A DNA stretch of 64,000 nucleotides, taken from contig NC_083402.1 of the NCBI RefSeq assembly GCF_020745735.1, forward strand, positions 7,316,001 through 7,380,000. Direction: 5' to 3'. A program made the translations under genes and the position numbers. The stretch comes from Hemiscyllium ocellatum. Its lineage: Eukaryota. Of this stretch, positions 38,545 to 51,439 are shown one piece after another. Position 1 is the stretch's first letter. Every line of letters begins with the position of its first letter. The notes beneath the pieces were generated by a model. It did not search any database. It saw only the letters and a program-made list of their open reading frames with translations, and was not told where the DNA came from.

Positions 38545-41500
38545 CAAGAACATAGAACATTGCAGCACATTCAGGCCCTTCAGCCCTCGATGTTATGCTG
38601 ACCTATGAAACCAATCTGAATCCCACCTATCCTACATTACTCCAAATTCATCCATATGTTTATTCAATGACTATTAAAATGCCTTTAATGTTGGTGAGAC
38701 TAGTATTGTTGCTGGCAGCACATTCTATGCCCTACCTCTCTCTAAGTAAAGAAACTACCTCTGACATCTCTCCTGTATCTATCAACCCTCAATTTCAGGC
38801 TATGTCCCCATGTGATAGCCATGACTATCTGAGGAAAAAGGCTGTCACTGTACACCCTATCTAACCCTCTTATTATCTTATCTGTCTCAGTTAAGTCACT
38901 TCTCAAACTTCTTCTCTCTAATGAAAACAGTCTCAGGTGCCTCAGCCTTTCCTCAATAGACCTTCCCTCCATTGTAGGCAACATCCTAGTAAATCTCCTC
39001 TGAACCATTTCCAAAGCTTCCACATCTTTCCTATAATGTGGTAATGAGAGAACTGTACGCAATATTCCAAGTGCAGTCACACCAGCGTTTTGTACAGCTG
39101 GAACATGCCCTCATAGCTCCAAAACTCAATCCCTTTACCAATAAAAGCTAACAAAACATATGCCTTCTTAACAACCCTATCAACATGAGTGGTAACTTTC
39201 AAGGATCCGTATAGATGGACACCAAGATCTGTCTGCTCAACCTCACTATCATGAATTTTACCATTAGCCCAGTACTCTGTATTCCTGTTGCTCCTTCCAA
39301 AGTGAATCACCTCACACTTTTCCATATTAAACTCCATTTGCCACCTCTCAGCCCAGTTCTGCAGCTTATCTATGACTCTCTGTAACCTTCAATATCCTTC
39401 AGTACAATCCACAACTCCACCAACATTAGTGTTATCTGGAAATTTACTAACCAATCCTTCTACATCCTCATCCAGGTCACTTGTAAAAATGACACACAAC
39501 AGTTCCCCCAACACAGATATTTGCGGTCCACTCTTAGTAACTGAAAACCAGGATCAATATTTCCCATCAACCACCACCCTCTGTCTTCTTTCAGCTCACC
39601 AATTTCTGATCCAAACCGCTAAGTGATTCTCAATCCCATGCCTCCATATTTTGTGCAATAGCCTATCATGAAGAACCTTATTAAACACCTTATTGAAATC
39701 TAAATGCACCACATCAACCACTTTACCCTCATCCACCTGTTTGGTCACCTTCTCAAAGAACTCAATAAGTTTTGTGAGGCATGACCTACCCTTCACAAAA
39801 CTGTTTTGATTATCCCTAATCAACTTATTTCTTTCTAGATGATTATTAAACCGATCTCTTATAACCTTTCCTCACACTTACCCATAACTAAAATAAGGCT
39901 CACTGGTCTATAATTACCAGGATTGTCTCTACTTCCCTTCCTGAAGAAGGGGACAACATTCACAATCCTCCAGTCTTCTGGCACTATTCCTGTAGACAAT
40001 GACAAAATAAAGATCAAAGCCAAAGACTCTGCAATCTCCTCCCTTCCTTCCCAGATATTCCTCAGATAAATCCTATATGGCCCAGGAGTCTTATCTATTT
40101 TCACACTTTCCAGAATAGCTAACACCCCCTCCTTATAAACCTCAATCCCATCTCATCTAGTCGCCTTTATCTCAGTATTCTCCTCAACAACATTGTCCTT
40201 TTCTAGTGTGAGTAGCAACAAAAAATATTCATTTAGCACTTCTCCTATTTCCTCGGACTCCATGCACAACTTCCCACTACTGTCCTTGATTGATCCTAAT
40301 CTTGCTCTACTCATTCCTTTACTCCTCATATACCTATAGAAAGCCTTAGAGTTTTCCTTGATCTTATCTGCCAATGCCTTATCATGTCCCCCACTGACTC
40401 TTCTCAGCTCTCCCTCTGAGATCTTTCCTGGCTCACTTGTAACGATCAAGTGCCCTAACTAAGCCTTTATGTCTCACCCTAAAATAAGCCATCTTTTTCC
40501 TCTTGACAAAAGATTCAACATCCTTAGTAAACCACTGCTCCCTTGCTCAACCAATTCCTCCCTGCCTGACAGCTACATACTTATTAAGGACACGCAGTAT
40601 CTGTTCCTTGAACAAGCTCCACATTTCAATTGTGCCCATCCCCTGCAGTTTCCTTCCCCATCCTATGCATCCTAAATCTTGCCCAATTGCATCATAATTG
40701 CGTTTCCACCAGCAATAACTGTTGCCTCGCATTATATATCACTTTCCATCGCTAAAGTAAACATAACCAAATTGTGGTCACTATCACTAAAGTACTCACA
40801 TACCTCCAAATCTAACACATGGCTGGGTTCATTAGCCAGTACTAAATCCAATGTGGCCTTGCCCCTTGTTGGCCTGTCTCCATACTGTGTCAGGAAGCCG
40901 TCGTGCACACATTAGACAAAAACTGACCCATCTAAAGTACTTGAACTATAATATTTGGAATGTTAAAGTACCCCGTAACAACTACCTCATTACTCTTGCT
41001 CCTATCCAGAATTATCTTTGCTATCCTTTCCTCTACATCTCTGGAGCTAATCAGAGGCCTATAGAAAACTCCCAATAGGGTGACTTCTCCTTTCCTGTTT
41101 CTAACCTAAGCCCATACTACCTCAGTAGACGAGTCCTCAAAATATTTCTGCCACCAAACCTGCAATAACCATTCTTGTCTCCAAAATGGCCACAACATCA
41201 AAGTCCCAGGGACCAACTAATGCTGCAAGTTCACCCACCTTTTTCTGGACGCTCCTGGTTTTGAAGTAGACACACTTCAAACCACCTGCCTGCTTGCCAA
41301 TGCACTCTTAGGATCTTGAAACCTTGTTTCTGGCTTCACTACTCTCAATCTCCTGGACACTAGAACTATGATTTAGGTTCCCATCCCCCTGCTAAATTTG
41401 TTTAAAACCTCCCAAAAAGCATTAGCAAACCTCCCCCTCCATGCGCCCAGGATATTCATACCCCTCTGGTTCAGGTTTAGACCATCCCATTTGTAGAGGT

Positions 41501-42640
41501 TCCACCTATCCCAGAATGAGGCCCAATTACCCAGGTATCCAAAGCCCTCTCTCCTGCACCATCCCTGTTGCCATGTGTTCAACTCCTCTCACTCCCTATT
41601 CGTCACCATGCTAGCACGTGGCATGGGTAACAAACCAAAGATAACAACTCTGTTTGTTCCAGCTCCTACCTCTCTGAATTTCTGCTTTAAATCCCTATCC
41701 CTTTTCCGAACAATGTTGTGAGTGCCTATGTGGAACATGACTTGGGGCTGCTGTCTCTCCCCCTCAAAGATCCTGAAAACAAGATCCGAGACATCATGAA
41801 CCCTGGCACCTGAAAAGCAACACATCAAATGTGAGTCTCTCTTGTTCCCACAGAACCTCCTTTCTGCCCCCCCTAACTATGGAGTCCTCAGTGACTTATA
41901 CTCTGCTCATCTCCTCCCCTCCCTTCCCTTCTGAGCAACAGGGACAGACTCTGTGCCAGAGACCTGTAGCCCATGGCTTACCTCTGGTAAGTTGTGCCCC
42001 CCAATGGTATCCAATTGGTATACTTATTATTGAGTGGAACAGCCACAGGGAGTCCCTGCACTGTCTGCCGGTTCCCTTTATGTCGCCTTGACTGCAACCC
42101 ATCTGCCTTTTTCTTGTACCTGAGATGTGACTGCCTCCCTGTAACTCCTCTCAATAACCCTGTCCATCTCCCAAATGATCCAAAACTCATCCAGCTCCAC
42201 CTCCAGTTCCCTAACGTAGTTTTTGAGGAGTTGGGTGCACTTCCTATAGATGCAGTCAGCAGGGACACTAGTGATGATCCTTACCTTCCACATTCTGCAG
42301 GAGGAACATTCAACTGCCCTAACCTTCATTCCCACTATTCTACATTTCCAAAGAGATGATTGAAAATGAAAAATAAAAAAGAACCTTACCAGTCTGGCAC
42401 ATAGAACTCTTTTTTTTGGTTGAGAGGAGGAGGATGGATGGGACGCAATGCCTTAGTAGTGTTTTGGATAATGAAATCGCCCAAATATATTACTTCACTT
42501 ACTCAGCAGTCCCATGTCCACTCCTGCTCAGTGTGTGCTTCGTATATTCACGAGGTAAGGTTTTTAAAGCAATCACTTACCTTCTCAGCAGCCCCCTGGT
42601 CATCACTCCCACTCTTGCTGCTGCTAAACAAAACTGGATG
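38545..42640 (-). mobile_element. Near full-length decayed CR1 (5' UTR, ORF1 zinc finger plus esterase, ORF2 endonuclease-RT, 3' tail)
   Basis: AVECSSCRMW...CRKC ORF1; CCFSGARVHDV esterase; KTPGPYRIY, NYRPVSL, KGRSCLTKL, MEFNMEKCEVIHFG in colinear order. Confidence 0.9.
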
Positions 42641-42644
42641 TCAG

Positions 42645-45115
42645 GCCATTTCAGGCTGTCAAATGCCTTCTGACAGTTTGCTGTCCACTGAAACTTCTTG
42701 CCTTTCTTCAGCAATTCAGTGAGTGGAGCAGCCACACTCCTACATTTTGGTACAAATTTTCGATAAAATCCACTCAATCCCAGGAATCATTGTACTGTTC
42801 TTTTTGTTGATGGTATGGGAATCTCCACAATTACTTTTGTTTATGCATTCCATGGGGCCATTTGTCCAGGTCCAATAACATGGTCCTTGAAGGAGACTAA
42901 AGTTTTGGCAAATTCACTTTTAGCCAGGTTTATCACCAAGCCTGCCTTCCAAAGTTGATCGAACAAGTCTGACAAATCTGACAAATGTTCCTTCCATGTG
43001 TGACTAAAAATCACCACGCCATTGATATATATGACACAATCGGGTAGTCCAGCAATGACTTAATTGATTAGTCTCTGAAATGTGGCTGGTGCATTTCTCA
43101 TGCCAAATGGCATGACTTTAAACTGATACAACCCACTCAGTAATACATAAGCTGGAATAGCCTTTTCGCTTTCTGACATAGGTACCTGCTAGTATCCTCT
43201 GAGTGTGTCCAACTTAGAAATGTAAGTTGCTTTTCCCAACTTCTCAACATAGTCTTCTAAACATGGAATTGGATATGCATCAGTCTTTATAATTGCATTG
43301 ACTTTGTGATAGTTCACAATAAGCCTTGGATACCATTTGGTTTTGGTACCATTATTATGGGTGAGCTCCAGTCACTGTAATTCATTTCAATTATGTCATC
43401 TTGCAGCATGCATTCTATCTCCTTTTGAACCTGTGCCAACCTTAATGGATTATGCCTATTAGGATGTTGCTTAATCGGAACAGCATTTCCTGTATTGACA
43501 TCATGCATAATTAAATTAGTACTTCCCAGCTTATTTCCACTTTTTATAATTCGTCACACTTTTTGACAACTTCCTAGTTGTCCAATTTAATTTGAGGAAT
43601 GTCCAATTCAGAATCCTCTGAACTTGTTTCTTCCCTCTGTGTTGTAACCAAAAACACCTTCTCCTCTTGCTTTCCTTCCCTGTCAAAATACCTTTTGAGC
43701 ATATTCACATGACACATTCTGTAAGATTTCTTTCTGTCAGGAGACCCTATCAAGTAGTTCACCTTATTCTATTTCTTTTTGACTTGATAAGGCCCACTAA
43801 ACCATACTTTTAAAGGTCCACCTATCACTGGAAGTAACACGAACATACTATCCTCGATAGCAAAATTGTGAATCTTTGATTTCTTGCCTGCTTCCTGTTT
43901 CATTGTATACTGTGATACTTTTAAATGCTGTTGAGCCAAATCCCCCACTCTATTTAATCATTCCCAAATATTTGACACATAGTCCAAATATGTAGTTTCT
44001 GACTTACCAATTTCTCCTTAATTAATTTAAGCAGTCCTTTCACTTCATGCCCAAAAAATAATTCAAACGGATGAATTTGGTCAACTCATTGGTGCAGCTC
44101 TGATGGCAAACAGCACAAACAGAATTCCCTTTCCTAATCATCTGGTTAGTCTTGACTATCATCGGCTTATGCTCGAAACGTCGAATTCTCTATTCCTGAG
44201 ATGCTGCCTAACCTGCTGTGCTTTGACCAGCAACACATTTGCAGCTATCATCCCTAAGCATTGTCTTTAATGTCTGATGCCACTTTTCTAGTGCACCCTA
44301 TGGCACTGGAAGGTACACAGTAGATTTGAATTGTTTTATTCCTAAGTTATCCGTGACTTCCTTGAATAATTTCGAAGTTTCATCCTTGATCTGATTGTAT
44401 CTCTGTCAGTCATCCATATAGAGTGAAAAGTTTGAGAAATTCCTCTTCTTTTAGCTGTGATATTGCATAATGTAGAAATTTAGTTAACAAATCCATTATT
44501 GTTAACAAATACTGATTCCCACTTTTTGTTTTAGGTAGGGGTCCTATGCAATCAATTAAGACTCTTGTAAAAGGTTCCTCAAATGCAGGAGTAGGTATTA
44601 AAGGTGCAGGTTTTATTACTGCCTCTGGCTTTCCAATTACCTAACATGTGTGACACATCTGGCAAAATTCAACTACATCTTTGTCAAGTCCAGGCCAATA
44701 AAAATAGTTTTGTATTTTCGCTGGAGTTTTCCTCACTCTTAAATGACCCCCTAGTGGTGGTTCATGTGCCACTCGCAACATCTACTTTCCATAACCCACT
44801 GGCAATACCATTTTATAAATTTCTGCCCATTTCTCATCGGCTTCAATATGTGTTGGTTTACATTTCCTCATTAAGACATCGTTTTTAAGATAATAACATT
44901 CAGGGATTGTCGGAGAAATTCTGCCCAATGAATCAGAGACCACAAACAAGGATCGCGGTGAAATTGACATGCGGTTTATTAAACAAAGCCATATTGTGGA
45001 AGAGAAATTGACCATGTTGACATAGAACTGATTCTCTGCACAGATGGCCATAATGCTACTCCCAGAACTGAAGATGCAGGCATGCTTTATAGGGGTACAA
45101 CACAAAGGTCATAAC
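42645..45115 (-). mobile_element. Gmr1-type Gypsy pol remnant (integrase upstream of RT/RNase H)
   Basis: 5' to 3' on the minus strand: AHE...GGHL...FYWPG...CQMCHTC, IDCIGPLP, WFSGPYQV, CHVNMLKRY, then [36 protein letters not shown]. Confidence 0.88.
44164..44244 (+). mobile_element. PLE terminal-repeat insertion in Gypsy integrase
   Basis: TSD CTATCATC at 44156-44163 and 44245-44252. Confidence 0.75.
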
Positions 45116-45678
45116 TGTAAAGCAGTTACAGGACAATGGTGAAAATTATAAAGCGATTTAAACAAGAATAAACTGAATGGAAGTTAATCACGCATCGTCA
45201 GTAGCAATTCATTTGTAATTGACACAGAAGATTCCAGCCATGTCCGTGAGTAGGTGAGAATGTCTTCATTGTATTTCTCGTCTGCATGAATATGTATAAA
45301 TGTCCCTTCTCCTGGCACTCAGGTGTGTCCGTTGTGTTCCTCCTGCGAGTGAAGTCATCCTGGTTCTCACGGTCTGCCTGTTTGTTTCCGCGGTATCGAT
45401 TTCAATGGGATTCGAGCCTGCCCTTCGGGGATTGGGACGGCAGTGCTCACCGGGGCTGGGAGCTTTACTGTAAACGTTGTTTGGGAAATGTATTCTCTGG
45501 TCTGGGAGTATCTTGGCCATGTCTGATTTCTTTGTTAGTCTGTTTCGCCAAGACTGGGGCATTGTGGGTGTGTTCTGTATGTGTTGGCAGGCTTGATTTC
45601 TGTGATTCACAGGCCAGCTTCTGTGTTTTTAATGTGGCCGTGCTGTGGGTGGGCAGGTTGGCAGATCTTGTTCCCACA
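45116..45678 (-). mobile_element. 3' LTR of an endogenous retrovirus
   Basis: TGT...ACA termini, 563 bp, immediately preceded by the polypurine tract AAAAAAAAAGAGGGCAT downstream of env. Confidence 0.7.
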
Positions 45679-45808
45679 ATGCCCTCTTTTTTTTTGATGG
45701 GTTGAAAAGGGGGCAATGTACCAGATCCAGAGGGGGTTGTCAGTGTGTCTAAATCTGGCAGGGTGGAGGCTGTGTCAGGGGTTTGGATGTCACTCCAGTG
45801 GACTTGTA

Positions 45809-47676
45809 TTAGCTGGGTGGTGAGGGGGCAGGGGATAACAATGCTGTACACAACTGGGAGCAGCACACATGGAGGGCCATGAGCGGGACTACAATACCCA
45901 CAAGAATGACAGTAAGGGATATCAGACGCTGCAGCAGGGCTGTGCCCCATGAGCCCAGCCAGGAGGTTACCCAGCTCCACAAGTCCCAGTGGGATTCTTG
46001 GCCATGTCAGACAGCAGTAGCCTGTTGGATGTGGTGCATCAGGTCTGTTATATTTTTGCTGGGATCAGGGAATTAGGTACAGCAGTCTGCACCAATGAGG
46101 GAGCAAGTGCCTCCCTTTTCAGCCAGCAAGTAATCCGGGGCCATTCTATTTTGTAGGGCAACAGTGCAAATGGCGACAGCCTCTATATTCAGTTGGGCGA
46201 GCGCTTCAGCCGTGGCATTCGCTATCTCCTCAAGTGTGGTGGCCAGCTGATGTGCCTCTATGTCCAGGCACAGGGTTACGTATGTGGGCACAAATAGGGA
46301 GAGTAGGTAAAAACAATGATTGCAGGTGCTGGAAACCAGATTCTGGATTAGAGGTGCTGGAAGAGAACAGCAGTTCAGGCAGCATCCGAGGAGCAGTAAA
46401 ATCGACGTTTCGGGCAAAAGCCCTTCATCAGGAACAAAAGCAGAGAGCCTGAAGGGTGGTGAGATCAGTGAGAGGAAGGTGGGGGTGGGGAGAAAGTAGC
46501 AGGGATGCCTGCCTTGAAGAAGTTTTCCTCCTCTCTCTACAAGAATCTCAGGGAGTCCTTCTCCTACTGCAACTCCCAGGTCATTTACTCTATGCTACTT
46601 TCTCCCCACCCCCACCCTCCTCTCACTTATCTCTCCACCCTTCAGGCTCTCTGCCTGTATTCCTGATGAAGGGCTTTTGCCTGAAACGTTGATTTTACTG
46701 CTCCTCGGATGCTGCCTGAACTGCTGTGCTCTTCCAGCACAAGTAGGGAGAGTACCTCATCTAGGGTAGTGAAGGTGTGTTTACTGCAGGGGGTAAGCTT
46801 CCGGAAAGGAGAGGATTGGGAGTGGTAAATGAATGGTATCATTTACCTGATGAAACAGCTCACAGTCCATGACAATGGCAGCCAAGGATAAGTTTTGTGG
46901 CCACAGATAAAAAAAATGCCATTGTATGTTCTGAGGTGATGGCTTTGGGTTCCTGTCCAGATGGTAGTGAAAGTGGAATTGTGGGCAGACTTGTTGGGGG
47001 CAAGTGAATTGAGGATGCTCCCCTCTGCTGTGGGACGGTACACTACAGGGATCAGGAGTAGGGACTTTGTGCACCGGCTCCAACCAGTCTCCTAGGTAGA
47101 TGGCTGGCTTCTTGTCAGGCAGATGGTTCCTTTAGTTGGTCTCTGTGTGGTGGTGTCAGTGATGGTCAAGGTTAGGGGTTCATGTGAGGGGTTATAGGCT
47201 GGGTAGAACCATCCTGTGAATTTGTCTCAAAAGTACCCTGCAGATTTCCAGTGATCTGGGCTATTAGTTACATGAATGGCTGGTCTGATTGGCAGGCTGA
47301 ACGCTGTGACCCCAGAGGACCTGTCCGGGTCCAGCCATCATTCTGCCATCTCTGCAATGTTAAAAGGGACAGCGGCTAGGGGAATGCCCCAGAGGAAATG
47401 GGCAGGGACGTGCGCACAGACCCAGCAGCCAGTCTGGTTCACCTTCTGGGCATATCTGTGGGTCATGTGAAGGAAAGTGTTTATCTGCAGCTCGCGGTGG
47501 ATTAAGTGTTCCACTCCGTGTCCTCTGTTACTGATCTGCGGTGATGTGAATGTCAGACGGTGATGATCCCGATGGCTGCAGAGAGCAGCTAGATCCTGCC
47601 ACGGTGTCCGGAGCTGCATCCTGTCCGGCTTGGTCATCCTTCTGTGGAGGTGCAACCTTCTTGCACTGGGTCGCAT
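45809..47676 (-). pseudogene. env: Class I (gamma/epsilon-type) retroviral envelope, defective
   Basis: SU CWVC motif; heptad repeat; immunosuppressive domain LQNRMAPDYLLAEKGG; CX6CC (CSLIGADCC); Trp-rich membrane-proximal region; TM LISLTVILVGIVVPLMAL. Stops, frameshifts and a PLE insertion. Confidence 0.9.
46306..46738. mobile_element. Long PLE hairpin inserted in env
   Basis: Inverted arms of about 150 bp; 16-bp TSD ACAA(A/G)TAGGGAGAGTA at 46290-46305 and 46739-46754. Confidence 0.9.
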
Positions 47677-48190
47677 GCGTCCATTCCGGTCTCCCTTGGA
47701 GATTGACTGCTGTCCTGGTTGAGACCAAGCCCATGTATGTCCTTTCCACCTTGGGGAGAGAGCATCTTTCAGCAGTGACTGTGTCATTACACAGTTCCCA
47801 GGTTTAAATGGGTGAAGTGGTTCCTGCTGTGGTGTGGGCAGTGCAGCTTTTACCAAATCATGGTTTAAAGTGATCCTTCTATTAAGGGCTTGAACATAAT
47901 CTAAGAGAACCTCCTGTGTTAAGGGCAGTGGTGTGTCAGTGTCGAGTTTTGGAGGTCTGGTTGCAGTGGGCATGGGCCTCCCATTAGCACCTGAAAGTGT
48001 GTAAGTCCCATCATTCAGTTTCCCTGTCCCTTGTACACAGCACCAGTGGCTGGGTGTCTGACCAAGTCAATCCTGTGTCCTGAAGGATTTAGGGGAGGGT
48101 GATTTTGAGGGTGTGGTTCATTCTTTTCACCATTCCTGACGACTCGGGCTAGTTGGGGATCTGGTGTCTCCATGGTATCCCTACGGATTT
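47528..48190 (-). pseudogene. pol: Retroviral pol, integrase C-terminal part
   Basis: SSGMVKRMNHTLK, LTWSDTQPLVL, LMG(R)PMP, HPFKPG, SPRWKG...RTAVNLQGRPEWTHATQCKKV. Upstream part cut off by CR1. Confidence 0.85.
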
Positions 48191-48560
48191 ATAGAGTCAT
48201 AGAGATGTACAACATGGAAACAGACCTTCCAGTCCAACTTGTCCATGTCGACTAATTATCCCAATCCAATCTAGTCCCACCAGCCAGCACCTGGCCCATA
48301 TCCCTCCAAACCCTTCCTATGCATATACCCATCCAGATGCGTTTTAAATGTTGCAATTGTATTAGCCTTTACCACTTCCTCTGGCAGCACATTCTATGCA
48401 CATACTACCCTCTGAGTGAAGAAGTTGCCCTTAGTTCTCTTTTATATCTTTCCCCTCTCATCTTAAACTTATGCCCTCTAGTTCTGGACTCCCCCACACC
48501 AGGGAAAATACCTTGTCTATTTATCCTATCCATTCCCCTCATGATTTTATAAACCTCTAT
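48191..48560 (-). mobile_element. CR1 3' end
   Basis: Same family as 37556-38280. Confidence 0.85.
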
Positions 48561-48564
48561 ACCT

Positions 48565-50915
48565 GGTGCAAGGAAATGAGCCCAGCCAGGTGGTTAAAGT
48601 TTCAGTGGAGGATTACTTTGAGAATAATGATCACAGTTCCACAAGTTTTATGATACTTATGGACAAAGATGAGAGTGTTCTTTAAGGAAGAGTGCTTAAT
48701 TGGGGAAGACCAACTATACCAAAGTTCAGCAGGAACTGGGGAATGTAGATTGGGATCAGCTGTTTGAAGATAAATCCTCATTTGATATATGAGAGACTTT
48801 TAAAGAGAGGTTAATTAGAATTCAGGAGAACTGCATACAGTTCTAGGCACCACACTACGTTCTTGTGAAAATTAGGAATATAAATGGCAAGATTAGCGAA
48901 TCATGGATGATTAGGGAATCACGAATCATGTGAGACCAGCTAAGAGGAAAAAGGATGCGTACATAAGGTCTAAATGACTAAAGTCATTTGGAAGCTTTAA
49001 AAGAATACCTGAAATGAGGAATTAAGAGGGCTAAACGAGATCATGAGATATCCTTAGCATGCAGTGTTCAGGAAAACCCCAAAGCCTTTTATTCATATAT
49101 AAGGAGCAAGAGGGTAACAAGGGAAATGGTTGGCCCACTCAAGGACAAAGTAGGAAAGATATGCGTGTAATCAGAGAAAATGGGTGAGATTCTTAATGAG
49201 TACTTTGCATCGGTATTCACTGAGGAGAGGGACATGGCGGATGTTGAGGTTAGGGATAGATCGTTGATTACGCTAGGTTAAGTCAGCACAACGAAGGAGG
49301 ACGTATTGTGTATTCTAAAAGGAATTAAGGTGGACAAGTCCCCAGGATTGGATGGGATCTATCCCAGGTTACTATGGGAAATGAGAGAGGAAATAATTGG
49401 GGCTTTAACAGATATCTTTGCAGCATCCTTGAAAATGGGAGAGGTACCAGAGAACTGGAGAATTGCTAATATTGTCCTCTTGTTTAAGAAGGGGAGCATG
49501 GATAATCCAGGTAATTACAGACCTGTGAGCCTGACATTAGTGGTAGGGAAGCTACTGGAGAAGATACTAAGGGATAGGATACATACCAGTTTGGATGAAA
49601 ATGGGCTGATTAGTGATAGGCAGCATGGCTTTGTGCAGAAAGGTCAAGTCATACAAATCCAATAGAATTCTTTGAAGATGTGACAAAGTTGTTGATGAGG
49701 GAAGGAATGTAGATGTCATTTACGTGGACTTTAGAAAAGTGTTTGATAATATTCACCATGGTAGGCTGATGAAGAAGGTGAAGTCACATGGGGTCCAGGG
49801 TGTTCTAGCTAGATGGATACAGAACTGTTTGGGCAACAGGAGGCAGAGAGTAGGTGTGGAAGGGAGCTTCTCAAAATGGAGACCTGTGACCATTGGTGTC
49901 CCACAGGAATTCATGCTGGGACCATTGAAGTTTGTGATACACATAAATGATTTGGAGGGAGGTGTAGGTTGCCTGATTAGCAAGTTTGGCAGATAACAGG
50001 AAGATTCGTGGAGTAGTAGATAGTAAAGTGGACTTTCAGAGAATACAGCACAAAATAGATAGATTGGAGAGTTGGGCAGAGAAATGGCAAATGGATTTCA
50101 ACCTGGACAAGTGCAAGGTGATGCATTTTGGAAGATGCAATTCCAGACCAAACTCTACAGTAAATGGAAATGTCCTGGGGAAAAGTGATGTACAGAGACA
50201 TTTGGATTTTCAGATCCCTTGTTCCCTGGAGGTGGCAACGCAGGTCAGTAAAGTGGTCAAGAAGGTATGCTTTCTTCCACTGGGTGGGGTATTGAGTACG
50301 AGATGGCAGGTCATGTTACAATTGTATAAGACTTTGGTTCAGCCACATCTGGAATATTGCATACAGTTCTAGGCACCACACTACCAAAAGAATATGCATT
50401 CTTTGGAGAGGGTGCAGAAGTGGTTCACTAAGATGTTGCCTGGTATGAAGGGAGCAAGCTATTAGGAGAGATTGAGTAGAATAGGAATATTTTCATTGGA
50501 GAGAAGGTGTTTGGTGGGGGGGGGGGGGGGGAGGAACCTGACTGAGGCCTATAAAATCATGAGTGGTGTAGACAGGGAGGATAGCAAGAAACTTTTTCCC
50601 AGAGGGAAGGACTCAATTACTAGGGGTCACGAGTTAAAAGTGAGAGGGGAAATGTTTAGGGGGGATATACATGGAAAGTTCTTTACGCAGAGGATGGTGG
50701 GTGCTTGGAATGCATTGCCAGTGGGTGTGGTAGGGGAAGGGTCAATAGCATCATTTAAGTTATATCCAGACAGACACATGAATGGGCAGTGACCAAAGGT
50801 ATAGAGATCCTTAGAAAATAGATAGCAGATTTAGATAAAGAATATGGATCAGAGCAGAAATAAAGGGCTGAAGGGCCTGTTCCTGTGCTGTAATGTTCTT
50901 TGCTCTCTTTGTTCT
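48565..50915 (+). mobile_element. CR1 ORF2, 5'-truncated
   Basis: KSPGLDGIYPRLL, NYRPVSLT, DFRKVFDNIHHGRL, MDFNLDKCKVMHFG, PHLEYCIQF, tail. Confidence 0.92.
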
Positions 50916-50919
50916 AAAG

Positions 50920-51292
50920 ATGCTGTTCCAAATACTTGCAACAATCCCCATAAAAATCCCTTGACACAAAAGGAAAAGTCAAATACAGGGTCTGACAGGA
51001 ATGATGTCAGAGAGAATACCAGCATGGACCTGCTTCTTTGGGTCTGGCAGCTTCCAAACCAAATCAAACCTGAGAACAGCTGAGCTCAGGGAAGTGGTAA
51101 CTTCCCTTTCATTGTACAAGAGTTTTTTTTTAACTTGGGAGCCTTCTGCCTGAGGCGGTACCTGTTAGCTATAAATAAATTGTCCCTGCAGCCCTTCAAC
51201 CCCAGACATTTCGGAGTCTGTATCTTTTACAACCTCCCTCTAAAAAAGCTAAGAACAACATCATATTGTTAAAAGAGCAGCTTCATCGCACA
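50920..51292 (-). mobile_element. Partial solo LTR
   Basis: Matches 36890-37246; ends in ACA. Confidence 0.75.
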
Positions 51293-51439
51293 TGTATGAA
51301 CCAATCTCCATATGAAAACGTTTCCCCTCAGAACATTTTAAATCTTTTTCCTCTCATCTTAAAAATATGCTCTCTAGTTTTGAACTCCTCCACTCAAGGG
51401 AAAAGACCTTTGATATTCACCTTAGCTATGCCACTCATA

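Noticed and set aside
45465-45980. 171-aa ORF as an ERV accessory gene
   Set aside because: It is an alternate frame across the env TM end, PPT and LTR, starting at a non-ATG codon.
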